NCBI GenBank assembly: GCA_964016885.1
Contig: OZ024743.1
Location: 271,808,001 to 271,872,000, forward strand
From: Eledone cirrhosa
Taxonomy: Eukaryota
Length of the DNA stretch: 64,000 nucleotides
Direction of reading: 5' to 3'
Part shown: positions 44,910 through 60,937 of the stretch, piece after piece
Layout of the letters: each line of letters begins with the position of its first letter
Position numbering within the stretch: the first letter of the stretch is position 1
Notes under the pieces: model-generated
Database searches by the model: none
The model's input: only the letters and a program-made list of their open reading frames with translations
What the model was told of the DNA's origin: nothing
Made by a program: the position numbers and the translations under genes

Positions 44910-45020
44910 TTTCTGGGTTGTAACGTGCAAAGCCCCAAGTACCGGCCAAAAATATGAAATAGAATCAGAAGAAAGTAGATTACCTTTGGTAAACATTGGA
45001 ATTCTAAGCACTATCTTTAT
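44910..45020 (-). CDS. Multi-avidin gene exon 5: 37-nt linker micro-exon, two candidates. 44984-45020 (IKIVLRIPMFTKA) has canonical AG/GT; 44910-44946 (AGTWGFARYNPET) is homologous to exon 12 but preceded by TG
   Basis: A phase 0-1 exon is required between exons 4 and 6. The region is homologous to 20100-20200. Both candidates are 37 nt and restore the frame. Confidence 0.55.
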
Positions 45021-46786
45021 CTAATCAAAATTGTTATAACCATGGCTTCTCAATGGGTTTAGGGAATACAGACATTCTGATTTTTATACATATCTTTCTT
45101 ACACAGAGAGGGGTATATGTGGCCATGTGATTAAAGAGTTCACTTTGCAACCAGGTAGTTTTAGGTTCAGTCCCACTATGCAACACCTTATGCAAGTCTC
45201 TTCTACTATAGCCTCAGGTTGGCCAATGCTTTTTAGTGAAATTTGGGAGACAGATATTGTGTGGAAGCCCATCATATAGGTGGAGGGTAGATGGGACAAG
45301 GTTATAAGCAGGGTGGCCAGTCTTCTTTTCTGCTTCTATAGAAGATAACTTCCAGAAATGTTTGGCCTGACAATGCTACTGTGAAAGAGGATGGTGTTCA
45401 GCAGTTCAAAATAAACTCTACAGGCACCAAGGAGCCGTCAGATGCAAACAGGGTCACTAAGCTATGAAACTCTCTTACCCACACTCATTTTAGCCAATAG
45501 TTTTGAGGGTTTATGGTGTATATGGTGTTTTTGTTCAGAAGGATTTGAATGGTTTTACTCTCCAGTATCCCATCAAGACTTGATTCTAGTCTACTTAACA
45601 ACTCATTAAATGTTGCTGCTATATATCTATAGGTACTGGTCAGCTGTTTCAGCCAGATGTTGGGAACTATGTCTATTCCTAGTGTTTTCCAGTTATTTGC
45701 AGTTCTCTGTGTCGAGGAGAGTAATATACTCAGGTCGATTTAATCAACTTACCCCTTCACTTCAAATTGCTGGCCTTGTGTCTAAATTAGAAATCATTAT
45801 TATTATCTTGAGGGTGGTGGATTGGCAGAGTCGGTGGAACATCGGACAATATGCTTTGTGGCATAGAGTTACGGCCCTTTACACTCTGAGTTCAAGTCCT
45901 GATGAAATTAGCTTTGCTTTCATCATCACAGGGTTGATAAAATAAAGCACCAGTAATGTACTGGGGTTGATTTAATCGACTTCCCCTCCCCCAAAAAGTG
46001 TTGGTCTTGTGCCTATATCAGAAACCATTATTATTTTCACAAAATCAATCAAGACTGCAGCTAAACACACATCAAATGATACAGGTAAAGTTATCAGGCT
46101 AATTATAAAATTATTAACACTAGCAGAAAAAACCCTTCGGGTGGTTTTCTGCTGGCATATGTAGTGTGTATATTGATATTATATGCAAGTATATATCCAT
46201 GTAGATATGATATGTCAAATAAAATCGTAATTGACAATATGCACAGAAATTGAAGAGAGACTGCGTTACACTCTCTACTGTAATCAGTAAAGTAATCCAT
46301 TAAAAAAGACGATATTATATATAAACTGCATTACAGTGAAATGTAATGAAAACGAATAAGGAGAAAATTAGCAACAGAAATATAAACCTTATATAACGAT
46401 GCAAATATATGAATGTTTATATAAGCGATATGATATAGCATACGTTATATCATAACCAGAAGTATTGACATTTGAAAATTTTAAAAGAAGTGAATCTTAA
46501 AATAAGCAATATAAGAATATTTATGTTTAATCAACAGTTATGAAATTTAGTACATAAATTATGTAATATTCATTCATCCTTACGGGGTCGATAAAATAGA
46601 GTACCAGTAATGCACTGGGTAATTGCTGGCCTTGTGCCAAAAGTAGAAACAATTATTTATTCAAAGTAATCCAACTTATTTTACTAATGGGATAAAAAAA
46701 TATATTCAGGACACAGTCCTGCACTTCTCCCTTTATTATATTATGATAACAAGAGACATCAAATGAAAAGTCATTAAATAGCTTAC

Positions 46787-46965
46787 TAGGAAATTATACC
46801 AGTAATCTTGTGTGTGTGTACTTGTGTTGTTGGAAACGTTGTTCTGGCTTGGTTTCAGTTCATGAGTAGAAATCTTAGTTGGTATGTATTTAGTACAGTT
46901 CACATATTCATACTCCATCAATGTAATCTTCAAAATTTGACTTTGGTTTGTCTTAAATAGCAGCC
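46787..46965 (-). CDS. Multi-avidin gene exon 4: domain A1, part 3, plus linker (GLLFKTNQSQILKITLMEYEYVNCTKYIPTKISTHELKPSQNNVSNNTSTHTQDYWYNFL)
   Basis: TTCTTCAG acceptor, CTA|GTAAGC donor, 179 nt, phase 1-0; clear paralog of 23719-23885. Confidence 0.88.
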
Positions 46966-48089
46966 CTGAAGAAAATTACAGTAAAAAAAAGATACATGAT
47001 GATTATGATGATGATAATGATGGTCGTCGTCGTGTTGGTGGCAGTGGTGGTGATGATGACAACTTTGATGATAATGGTGGTAGTGATGGTGGTGTTTGTG
47101 GCGGTGGTGACGATGATGACAATGACAAAGAGGTGGTGGTGTTGGTGGTGGTAGTGGTGTTGGTGGTGGTGTTGGTGGTGGTGGTGGTGGTGGTGGTGGT
47201 GGTGTTGGTGGTGTTGGTGGTGGTGGTTTTGTTGGTGGTGATGATGACGATGACAAAGAGGTGATGGTGGTGGTGGTGGTGTTTGTGGTGGTGGTGGTGG
47301 TGGTGATGATGGCAATGACAAAGAGGTGATGGTGATGGTGTTTGTGGTGGTGGTGTTTGTGGTGATGATGACGACTAATGATGATAGTGATTGTGCTGGT
47401 GTTGGTGGTGGTTGTGATGATGATGATGATGAAGATGGGGATGATGACTACAACGATGATGCTGATGATGATAATGGTGATGCTGCCACTAATGATGATG
47501 ATGATGGTAGTGGTGGCAATGTGATGATAATGATGGTGATGTTTTGATATATTGGAACAATAACAGAGACATTTAAATCAACATTAATACGTGATCAATA
47601 ACAGTCAATTATTTGTGTCAGTTATCGCAGCTTCACATCTGATTATAATTCCATCATGAATATTCTTAAACACTAATAGTATTTGAAAATATTAAATAAT
47701 CACCTAAAATAATAATAATGATAATGATAATGAAAATTATTGTGTACAGTGCTCAGGTGCACTACAACTCATCAAATGTGCATATATATATAGTACATAG
47801 AATAATGTACAAATGTCAGGAAAGTGTATGAGTGAGGATATACACACAGATACATGCATGTATGGAGGGGAAATATCTGTATATATGTTTGTTTCAATGT
47901 CCCTCTTAATCTGTATTTAATTATTAAGGCCAGTTATACAATGGATTCTTTATTGGACACAAGGGCTAAAATGAAGAAAAACATTACAGATGGCACAGAA
48001 CAGTACAGGATGATACAATACAAAGTAGGTTTTGGCCGTGTAAAAAAAGGTTATAACAAAAAACATAGAAATGTATAGAAACAAATAAA

Positions 48090-49616
48090 AAAAATTCAAA
48101 CAACAAAAGTTCCCCAATAGGGGGGGGGGGAATCTCCGAGGGTCACTTGTGGCGAAAACCACACAAAAGACCACAGCCACCCAGACCGCTAGGGCAAGTG
48201 GCCTCTCTCAGTTCGTCCACTCCTCAGTCTACAGGTGCATACTCAGAGACTTGTCACTTTCCCCTACCTTTCAACAAACTTACTAGAATACAGTACTTGT
48301 CTCTCCACCCTGATATTCCTTTTCAAGAGAAATTTGAAAAAGTTAATCAGGGATTTGCCAGAGAGGAAAGTGTCTGCATTCAATCCTTTCAGCCTTGTCC
48401 ACCACACAATCTCTTTTGCCATGGCCACCAGGCAGATGAAACCTGCCTGCCTTCCTCCTCCTTAAAGGAGGACAGTGGGGCTATCTGCACAATGGACTCA
48501 GTCAATAACCGGATCCGTCCTACACACGACAGCAACTATTTGATATAGCCCCCAAGTCAGCAATGCTCGGGCACTGAATGAGTGCGTGCACAACAGTTTC
48601 GTCGCTCTGCATGCATCTCGGACAGGCTCGACTGACGGCACTTCCGTGCCTGTAGAGTTTATCTCGAAACAACAACACCCCATGGTAGCACTGCCAGGCC
48701 AGGGATTTCTGGAAGTTGTTCATAGGCCCCAGGCTGAAAGTTCTCTTCAAGAGAGCGAACTGCTGGTTGTCTTTGATGCCCAGGGTCTCCTCAAGAACGC
48801 CATCGCTCTTTCCCTCCACTTGTCCTCTATAGAATGCCGAGGTGGATGTTACACCGATACTAGTGCCCAAGTGGTAGAAGGTGGTGAGTGCTTGGTGACA
48901 TTCCAGCTTCCAAGCGCTATCCCTCAGTCTTTTCCTGATCCAGGACTGCAGCTCCATCAAGGAGACGAGCTGGGGAAAATGGATCTGGCAAATGGCGACC
49001 ACACCTGTTCACCGTCAAGGAAGCACCAGAAATGTTGCAGCCTCAGCTCATGTTTGTGCATCATCAGCCACAGCATGTTCAGTCCTCCACGCAATGGGTG
49101 CTGACAGCAGATGGATCATCTGACCATGGGAGCACGTCCATTCCACAAAAAACAGAAGAGGAAGCGCTCCATGTTTGTCAAAGTTGAACAGGGGCAAGGC
49201 ACAACGATCAGGCAGTAGCAGTTGATGGATGCGATGTATGCAGTCGCCACCTCCACCCGACCTTTCAGGGACTGTTTCCTCTTAGCCTATTTCTGGATGA
49301 GAGAGGCCACTCTGTTCATCACCTTGCTCCAGTTTTTCTCCATCTGGAGGTCTGGACCGAACCAAGCCCCAAGCAATTTAACTGGTCCTTCCATCCAGCA
49401 CCCCACAACACTGTTGGATGGCATGGACTTGCCTCTCCGGGTGCCGAGTTGCAAGCCCACTGACTTTTCCTGGTTTATCTTTGTTCCTGTCACCACTTCG
49501 TATTCCTTGAGAGCGGTGCCAAGCATCTGGACATGTCTGGTCTTCGACACCACCACGGTGACATTGTCAGCATAAGCCAATACGGATCTCCCACATCCCA
49601 GTTCGTGCAGAAACAT
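48090..49616 (-). mobile_element. Tx1/L1-clade LINE 3' fragment: RT C-terminus and zf-RVT-type zinc finger
   Basis: LAYADN, GTKINQEKS, KLLGAWF, CPRCxxxxETxxHxxxxCP. Confidence 0.8.
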
Positions 49617-49930
49617 AATGGTGGAATAAAGCTTACCATGTTAATTCGTTGATATACCCAGATTGGAATGTGTTGTTGTTAACCCAAAGAACTGGTGGCA
49701 TATGCCACCAGGTTTTTGGGTTAACAACACCACATGCCACTAGTTCTTTGGATTAACAACAACACATTCCGATCTGGCATTCAACAAATTAACAAGGTAA
49801 ACTTTTTTCCCTGTTTTTTCTGTTCAAGTTCTAGCTTGCTGATGAGGCCATAACTGTTGAATTATGGCTATCACCGAGATGTATATTATAGCAAATATGA
49901 ATAAGCAAAGTTAATTTTAACCTTTTATTC

Positions 49931-49971
<41 letters not shown>

Positions 49972-50072
49972 CGAGAGAGAGAGAGATGTCAACATGAATG
50001 GACCTGTTATTTTTATCTAAAGACATTTTTCTAATCCCCCTGTCCCTTCAATCTATATTATTTCTCATTCTT

Positions 50073-50108
50073 TCTTCTGATGAAGGACTAACATCCGAAA
50101 CGTTAAGA
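50073..50108 (+). ncRNA. Minimal hammerhead motif
   Basis: TCTT-CTGATGA-A-GGA ctaaca TCC-GAA-ACGT-T-AAGA; ACGT palindrome in place of stem III. Confidence 0.6.
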
Positions 50109-50189
50109 CCCTCTTCCTGCTATTTCAAGCGTTAACCTAATATATTCCTTCCATATACTGTACTGATTGTGTTGTTACTTCTGTTTACC

Positions 50190-50241
<52 letters not shown>

Positions 50242-50254
50242 CTATATATATGAA

Positions 50255-52450
50255 TTCAAGCATGTTTTGCAACGTGAGGACCAGAAATAGGAGGTGTTCA
50301 AGATTGCGAGGCAGTGTGTCAGAGAGAATTGTGATGTCATTGGAGAGAAGTGTATCCGGAATGATATAGGTGAGCTTGCCCTAACAAGTGCTGAGAAGAA
50401 AGATGCGTGGAAGAGCCATTATGAAAGATTACTAAATGAGGAGAATGCATGGGAAAAAGAGACCCTACCCCAAGTGGACCCTATAGAAGGGCCAGCAGTA
50501 CAAGTTAGCAGCAGCGTAGTAAGTAAGGCAATCAAAGATATGAAGGCGGGGAAGGCAACCGGTCCATCAGGTATAGCTGCCGAGATGCTGAAAGCATCTG
50601 GGTCGGTAGGTCACACTATAACCACACGTATTGTTAACCAGGTAATACTAAAGGGTGCCATACCAAAGGATTGGTGCAGCAGCATCATTGTCAACTGCTA
50701 CAAGGGTAAAGGTGATGCACTAGATAGAGGAAACTATAGAATTATAAAGCTGATGGACCAGGTCATGAAAGTAACGGAAAGAGTTATAGCACAGTTGATT
50801 AGGGACCGGGTAAAACTAGATGAGATGCAATTTAGGTTTGTTCCAGGAAAAGGCACCACTGATGCCCTCTTCCTTGTGAGGCAGTTACAGGAAAAGTACC
50901 TAGCTAAAAGTAAGCCACTCTAACTGGCATTCGTTGATCTGGAAAAAGCCTTCTACAGAGTCACCCGTGCTATAATCTGGCGGGCTCTTAGAAAATTAGG
51001 AGTAGATGAATGACTTGAGAAAGCTGTACAAGCCATGTATAGGGGAGCAGTCAGCAAAGTTAGGGTTAGCAATAACTATAGCGAGGAATTTAGCATACAG
51101 GTTGGTGTCAACCACGGTTCTGTTCTTAGCCCTCTCCTGTTCATCATAGTTTTGCAGGCAATAACGGAGGATTTTAAGACCGGATGCCCATGGGAACTCC
51201 TATATGCGGATGACCTTACACTTATAGCTGAATCTATGGTAGAACTAGAGAAGAAATTCCAAGCATGGAAGCAGGGACTAGAAAGAAAGGGTCTCAAAGT
51301 CAACCTGACAAAGACTAAATTCCTCGTAAGTAGATGAGAAAACAGAACCCAGATCCCCTCAGGGAAATGCCTTGCTCAGTATGTAGGAAAGATGTAGGTA
51401 GGAACTCCATCCTCTGCCCAAATGCAAACAATGGGTACACAAGAGATGTAGTGGGATCTCAGGAAGCTTAACTAAGAATGTAGGCTTCACATGTAGCAGC
51501 TGCGCTGGGACAACAAGTAGCAATCAGCCACAGGAAACAAGCGCCACCAAACTCTTGGAGAGCTCTGTAGAAACAGTAGACAGCTTCTGCTACCTAGGTG
51601 ACCGAATTAGCAGTGGAGGTGGGTGTTCTGAAAGTACAATAACTAGGGTAAGAACGGGATGGAAGAAGTTCAGGAAGCTACTGCCACTGCTAGCTGCAAA
51701 AGGCTTTTCTCTCAAAATGAAAGGTAGACTGTATGATGTGTGTATACGAACAGCAATGTTACATGGTAGTGAGACCTGGGCGCTGTCTGTAGAAGACTTG
51801 CATAGATTAGAAAGAAACGAAGCCTGCATACTCCGATGGATGTGTAATAGTAATATACGCGAACAGCAAAGCATAAACGAATTGAGAGAGAGGCTGAGCA
51901 TAAGAGGAATCAAAGGTTGTGTGCAGGAGAGGAGGTTGCATTGGTATGGATATGTGATGTGTATGAAGGATGTCAGCTGCATAAAAAGGTGCAGAGCACT
52001 AGAAGTTGATCGAAGCCGCGGAGTGGGGAGCCCCAAGAAGACCTGGGATGAGGTGATAAAAGCCGACCTTACCCAATTGCAACTCTCAAAGGCCGTGACC
52101 TCTGGCGTCACGCAGTAATACAGAAGACCCGACTTCCCACGGGTACAAGCCGAAGCTGAAGCATATAGACAATATTCCCCCACCCCCTCCTACTGTAAAG
52201 TGGTCGTGGAAGGGCCATGGCAAAAAAGCACCCAGCCCACACTGTAAAGAGGATGTGTAGGTGCCACGGAAAAAAAGCACCCAGGCTGGTGTTAGGAAGG
52301 GCATCCAGCTGTAGAAATCAAGCCAGAATCAGTTCCTGTATGAGCAAGACAAGGTCAGCCAACCGGACACTGCCCACAACAAGACAACCCGTCTAACACT
52401 TGCTAGCGTGGAAGAACGGACGTAAAACAGTGATGATGATGATGATGATA
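50255..52450 (+). mobile_element. 5'-truncated RTE-clade LINE, degenerate, with SINE-like 3' tail
   Basis: RT motifs KGKGD, DEMQF, LLYADD, MLHGSETW; stops and frameshifts; (GAT)n tail. Confidence 0.9.
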
Positions 52451-52569
52451 TATATATGAATAATGGAGCTTGAGCAAAGTTTTTTACTTTTTTCTGATGA
52501 TGATAATGATGATTATGATGACATAATAAGTGTATTTCATTTGTGATATGGTCATGAAAAGGTGCATAC

Positions 52570-52638
52570 CTGTTATACCAATAGCAATGTGATCAGTTGC
52601 TCCAATTAGATAGAAAGTATTGTCTCGGGAAATGACAC
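52570..52638 (-). CDS. Multi-avidin gene exon 3: domain A1, part 2 (GVISRDNTFYLIGATDHIAIGITG)
   Basis: TTTTGTAG acceptor, CAG|GTATGC donor, 69 nt, phase 1-1; paralogous to the same-length exon 26658-26726. Confidence 0.85.
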
Positions 52639-53520
52639 CTACAAAAACAACAATAAAATACAGATATAAATCATTGAAATAAAATATAAATAGTAAGATG
52701 AGGCGGAAAATATTGAAGTTGCTATTTCTACAAAATCTAGAACTGCTGTACAATACCCGGGCTTGCTGATTGCTTCTTTTTCATATTGGTAGCCATCAAG
52801 ACCTCTGATCCTCGTTCTCTTGATTTCCTCCTGAGGTGGTTGTTGTAGCAGGTGTTGCTTGCCATTCTCTGTGGCAATGCTTTCGCAAGCTGGGGACCTT
52901 ATATGAGTGAAACTTACTTATGTTAGTATTTTAGTTTGTCTAGCTTATATTCCCCCCAGTCAGAAGAAGGGAGGCAGGTGTAATAGCCAAACTTGCTCTC
53001 TTCAATTTGGTATTCCTGCCAACACTTACCTATGGTCATGAATCTTGAGTAATGACTGAAAGTATACAAGCAGCCAAAAATGGGATTTCTCTGAAGTGTT
53101 TGGGAGTAACATTACTCAATAGAGTGCATAGCTTAGAGATCAGAGAATCACTCCAGATAGAGCCAAATTGAGCGATCACAGCTCTGATATTACAGGCATG
53201 AGGTTAGAATATCTGAGGAAAGAATCTCTGGAAAGATTTTACAGGCAAAACCATCCAGCAGGAGACCCACAGGTAGACCCCGAGCAAGGTGGTTGGATAA
53301 CATCCATAAGCTCAGCTGGTCTTGCTTGGGGATCCAGCCAAATCAATTGAAGATGGTTGCTTCTGACAGGACCCACTGGAAGGAGTGTTTAAGCGCTCTA
53401 CCCCCATGACCATCTCAGAAATAAGTGGACGAAGAAGAAGAAATATGTTTAAATTCTTCTCTGATTTGATGTTGATTTTTTCATTGAGATGTCTAACTAT
53501 ATTAGAGACAATTACCTTTC

Positions 53521-53566
<46 letters not shown>

Positions 53567-54112
53567 TATGTAAAGGTATCGATACATATTGAATATGTAA
53601 TGCATTACCAAAATTGATAGTTGGTAATTGATAATAATTGATTACTTGGATCAATATTTCGCATTAATTTTTGATTTTAGAAAACTGTCGTCTGGAGATC
53701 AGTAAATTTAGTGCCACCTTAAAGTATGTAAATTTGTTCTATATCATTTGTTCTATATATATATGTACAAAATGGCTATGTGTTTCTCAAAAGATATATA
53801 TGCTTCTTTATATATATAAATATATATGTATATATATATATTTTTTCCATTTTACGTTCGCTTTTTCCCTGCTTGCAACCTCATTTACAGTGAGTGGTGG
53901 GTGCTTTTTTGCCATGGCACCTACACGTCCACTTTACAGTGGAATGATAGGGACCCCAGTCCCTATCATCTCATTTCTACAGCTCAGCGAACTGGAGCAA
54001 TGTGAAATAAAGTGTCTTGCTCAAGGAAACAACACATCGCCCGGTTTGAGAATTGAACTCACAACCTTTCGATTGCAAGGCCAATGCTCTAACCACTAAG
54101 CCATGTGCCTCC

Positions 54113-54190
<78 letters not shown>

Positions 54191-54632
54191 AGGCACATGG
54201 CTTAGTGGTTAGAGCAGTGGCCTTGCAATCGAAAGGTTGTGAGTTCAATTCTCAGACCGGGTGATGTGTTGTTTCCTTGAGTAACACACTTTATTTCACA
54301 TTGATCCAGTTCGCTGAGCTGTAGAAATGAGATGATAGGACTGGGGTCCATATCATTCCACTGTAAAGTGGACGTGTAGGTGCCACGGCAAAAAATGCAC
54401 CCACCACTCACTGTAAATGAGCTTGGTGTTAGGAAGGGTATCCAGCTGTAGAAATCAAGCCAGAATCAACTGTATATATATATATAAGTGATGTTGGATG
54501 CTTATAGCGTCCGTATGCGGTAGGCCGTATGAGCACTCGATGCCCTCGTAGAGCAGAGTATAGCACAGAAAAAAGAGAATCTACGAAGCAGATTTTCCTA
54601 TATATAGGAAAATCTACTTCTTAGAATCGAGA

Positions 54633-54723
54633 CGTATCCGAGGACCGCGCGATTTCAGAGTCAGGTTTGATCCCCATATCGATCGTGCCTTGAGCTGGTC
54701 GCCCGAGAAACAATTGTAATATG
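54633..54723 (+). ncRNA. Hammerhead motif, CCGAGGA variant, long stem II; related degenerate copy at about 55991-56080 (-)
   Basis: CGTAT-CCGAGGA-...-GAAA-CAATTG-TA-ATATG. Confidence 0.5.
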
Positions 54724-54767
54724 TCCAATAATTTCCTTTCGTCGCAACACTGATTCTCTTTTTTCTG

Positions 54768-54856
<89 letters not shown>

Positions 54857-55431
54857 TAAATTAGCGAGAATCGTATTTCGGCTATTGGAAATTAGCGAAA
54901 AACAACTTCCGAGATGTGTGGCAAGCGCTCCATAGAAGCTAATGGACTAGAGCAACAACATAAGTTAAAAGGCCAAACACACTGAGACGATGGTTAAACC
55001 ATTATCTGCACGGCCATAGAAACGACCAAGCTATTCGGGTCAAACAAATAATAAAATATGATTGAAAATTATATATATATATATAATAATAATACAAGGA
55101 CGATTTGTTAAGCCTTCATTACGTTTATTGATTGGTAACGTGCGTTTCACTATTGATCAGCTCAAGGTTTGATCTGTATCGATTAAGGCCAACGCTGGAA
55201 TTAAAAACTTGTCGGACCTCTGCTGTAGTAATGACAGAATGAATATATAATGCATATAAATATCTAACATTTCGCATTCATATGTTGGTCAGTGGTTTAG
55301 TTATGAGGAGTGTTTTGGCATGTTATTATATTACATTCTGTCTAGGTCTACACCTCACCACTGATGTGAACCTAAACATTGAGTGCTCACCTGGGTGAAT
55401 CTACAGTAACTTCACATTACACTCCCTGGAT

Positions 55432-55472
<41 letters not shown>

Positions 55473-55843
55473 ACCAAAGATTAGTATGGTTCGTTGATTA
55501 TTCAACGAATATAATTTTACAATAGATTAGAAGCACTCAACTGTGTGTTTCCTGGAGTTTTAAATATTATTCGAAATGTTAACAAATGAAGAATATTCGC
55601 ATAATCAAAATATATACTTTATTATATATATTTCAAAGGTACTGTGTTGTTTCAGTACGTTTTCATCAGACAAAATATATGATTTGATATATGACATACT
55701 GCTACGGTTTTGTTTATTCAATTCCAGTATTGGGATATATTTTGTCTGATGAAAACGTACTGAAACAACACAGTACCTTTGAAATATATATAATAAAGTA
55801 TATATTTTTATTATGCGAATATTCTTCATTTGTTAACATTTCG

Positions 55844-55881
<38 letters not shown>

Positions 55882-55888
55882 ATATATA

Positions 55889-55948
<60 letters not shown>

Positions 55949-56106
55949 GATAAAGAGGAATCAGTGATGCATCAAAACACAATTTATTAACAAAGTACAT
56001 ATGTTTCTCCGACGATCAGCTCAAGATAGGTTCTATTATAGATCGAACCTGACTCTGCATTCGCAAGCTCCTCAGATACGGACGCATTTATTGCAACCTT
56101 ACAACT

Positions 56107-56196
<90 letters not shown>

Positions 56197-56299
56197 TAAA
56201 ATATTTTAATAAATATTTGCTCTACGGTTCTTATATATTTGATATATATTTATCCTTATCGAGCCCTCTTTGGATTTTAGTCTTCAAATTTATTATTAT

Positions 56300-56338
<39 letters not shown>

Positions 56339-56394
56339 TATATATTAGAAAGTGAGGTTTTTTTTACAAAATGAAAAATAACCGGTGTCCTACA

Positions 56395-58200
<1,806 letters not shown>

Positions 58201-58229
58201 TATATCATCATCATCATCATCGTTTAACG

Positions 58230-59015
<786 letters not shown>

Positions 59016-59185
59016 TATATAACTGCTCTGTAAAACAACCGATGTTATTACATTGAGCTATTTATCTTACTGGTAATAAGATAGTAATTAATGACTATCT
59101 TTCACTATTTGGGGTTTGTATAAAAAATATATAACCATAACAGGTTTTATTACATACATAACCATAAATAGTATCCTTAATACTA

Positions 59186-59220
<35 letters not shown>

Positions 59221-59251
59221 TATATATATATATATATATATTACCCTTGTC

Positions 59252-59284
<33 letters not shown>

Positions 59285-59692
59285 ATGATGATGATGATGA
59301 TGATATATATGTGTACATATATATACATATATATACATATATATATATATATGTACACATATATATCATCATCATTATCATCATTTTACGTTCACTTTTC
59401 CCTGCTTGCAAGGGTGGGTGCTGGGTGCTTTTTTTCCGTGGCGCCTACACATCCACTTTACAGTGTGGGCTGGGTGCATTTTTGCCGTGGCACCTCCACA
59501 ACCACTTTGCAGTGGAATGATAGGGACCCCAGTCCTATCATCTCATTTCTACAGCTGAGTAAACTAGAGCAATGTGAAATAAAGTGTCTTGCTCAAGGAA
59601 ACAACACATGTACATATATATATATATATATATATGTGTACAATAAAAGACTTCTAAAGTAACTTACATTTTAAATTGACAAAAAGACTTAC

Positions 59693-59818
59693 CTCTGACA
59701 ATATAGTCCCAATCACATGAAATCTTTAATGTAGCAGTCAATGTGTTATTGGTTTGGTTACATGTTAACATTAAACCTTCTTCACTCGACCAACTGCCAG
59801 CAAGTATTCCTCCATCAT
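59693..59818 (-). CDS. Multi-avidin gene exon 2: divergent avidin-like domain A1, part 1 (DDGGILAGSWSSEEGLMLTCNQTNNTLTATLKISCDWDYIVRG)
   Basis: TTATTTCAG acceptor, GAG|GTAAGT donor, 126 nt, phase 1-1; paralogous to the same-length exon 27201-27326. Confidence 0.85.
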
Positions 59819-60546
59819 CTGAAATAAGGACATCATTTTATTGGTTATCGTGTTGTTGTTGATGATGATGGTATTGTTGATGGTGATGTTGGTGTTGTTG
59901 ATGATCATATTGTTGATGGTGATGTTGATAGTGTTGGTGTTATTGATGGTGTTGGTGTTGTTGATGGTGGTGTTGTTAATGTTAGTTTTGTTGTTGTAGA
60001 TGTTGGTGCTGTTAATAGTGATGGTGTTGTTGATGTTGGTATTGTTGTTGTCATTGTTGATGTTGGTGTTGTTGATGTTGATGTTGGCATTGCTGATGTT
60101 CTTGCTATGATATTTATAGACGTACATAAGTCTCACAGCAAGACTTTATATGATTATTATGCATAAACATATTGTATATGTTTCCGTATATACCTTTATT
60201 CTGAATCACGCTGTGTTAGTGCTACTACTAATCAACACTGGCTCATCAATCTCATACTATTTGTATATAAGCATCCACATAAATGTATTATTTTTAAAAT
60301 CTCTATATAAGAAGCATTAGGTTCTCTACCTCAGGACTGAGCAAACATTACTGATGATGGATTAACAATCTTGAAATACTAGTATTTAGCATTCTTATAT
60401 ATTTAGTGAAGTAGCTGTGAGGTGGTCCCAGCTTGTATGTTTATTGTATACACACATATTGTATATGTTTTCATATACTGCTCTATTTTTAATCACACTG
60501 TGTTAACACTACAATGAATATATATACACACACACATATATATATG

Positions 60547-60607
<61 letters not shown>

Positions 60608-60772
60608 CGAAGGAAATGTGGTAAGGAACCAGATGGACCATAACGCACCAAAGTACTCAATACTTAGGGTAGTAGAGTGGGTAATAGGAACAAGTATGAC
60701 CCCGACGGCAGAGCTCATTCCAGAATTAGCCGTCGAAACGGCTTGAGCTCTGCCGTCGGGGTCATACTTGTT

Positions 60773-60830
<58 letters not shown>

Positions 60831-60832
<2 letters not shown>

Positions 60833-60937
60833 GGGAGTCCCAGAAAAAGGTATACACACTTTAATTTGATTACTTGTACAAGCAATATTTATTAAAATGC
60901 AGTTGAAGTGTGTATCCATTTTTTGGGGGTCACCCTG
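60831..60937. mobile_element. Tc1-like MITE
   Basis: CAGGG...CCCTG imperfect TIRs, TA flanks. Confidence 0.7.

Noticed and set aside
55746-55780. CTGATGA...GAAA motifs at 55746, 60351, 25672, 15558 and 49839
   Set aside because: Stems or the GAAA are missing or too weak to call them hammerheads. They may be decayed copies.
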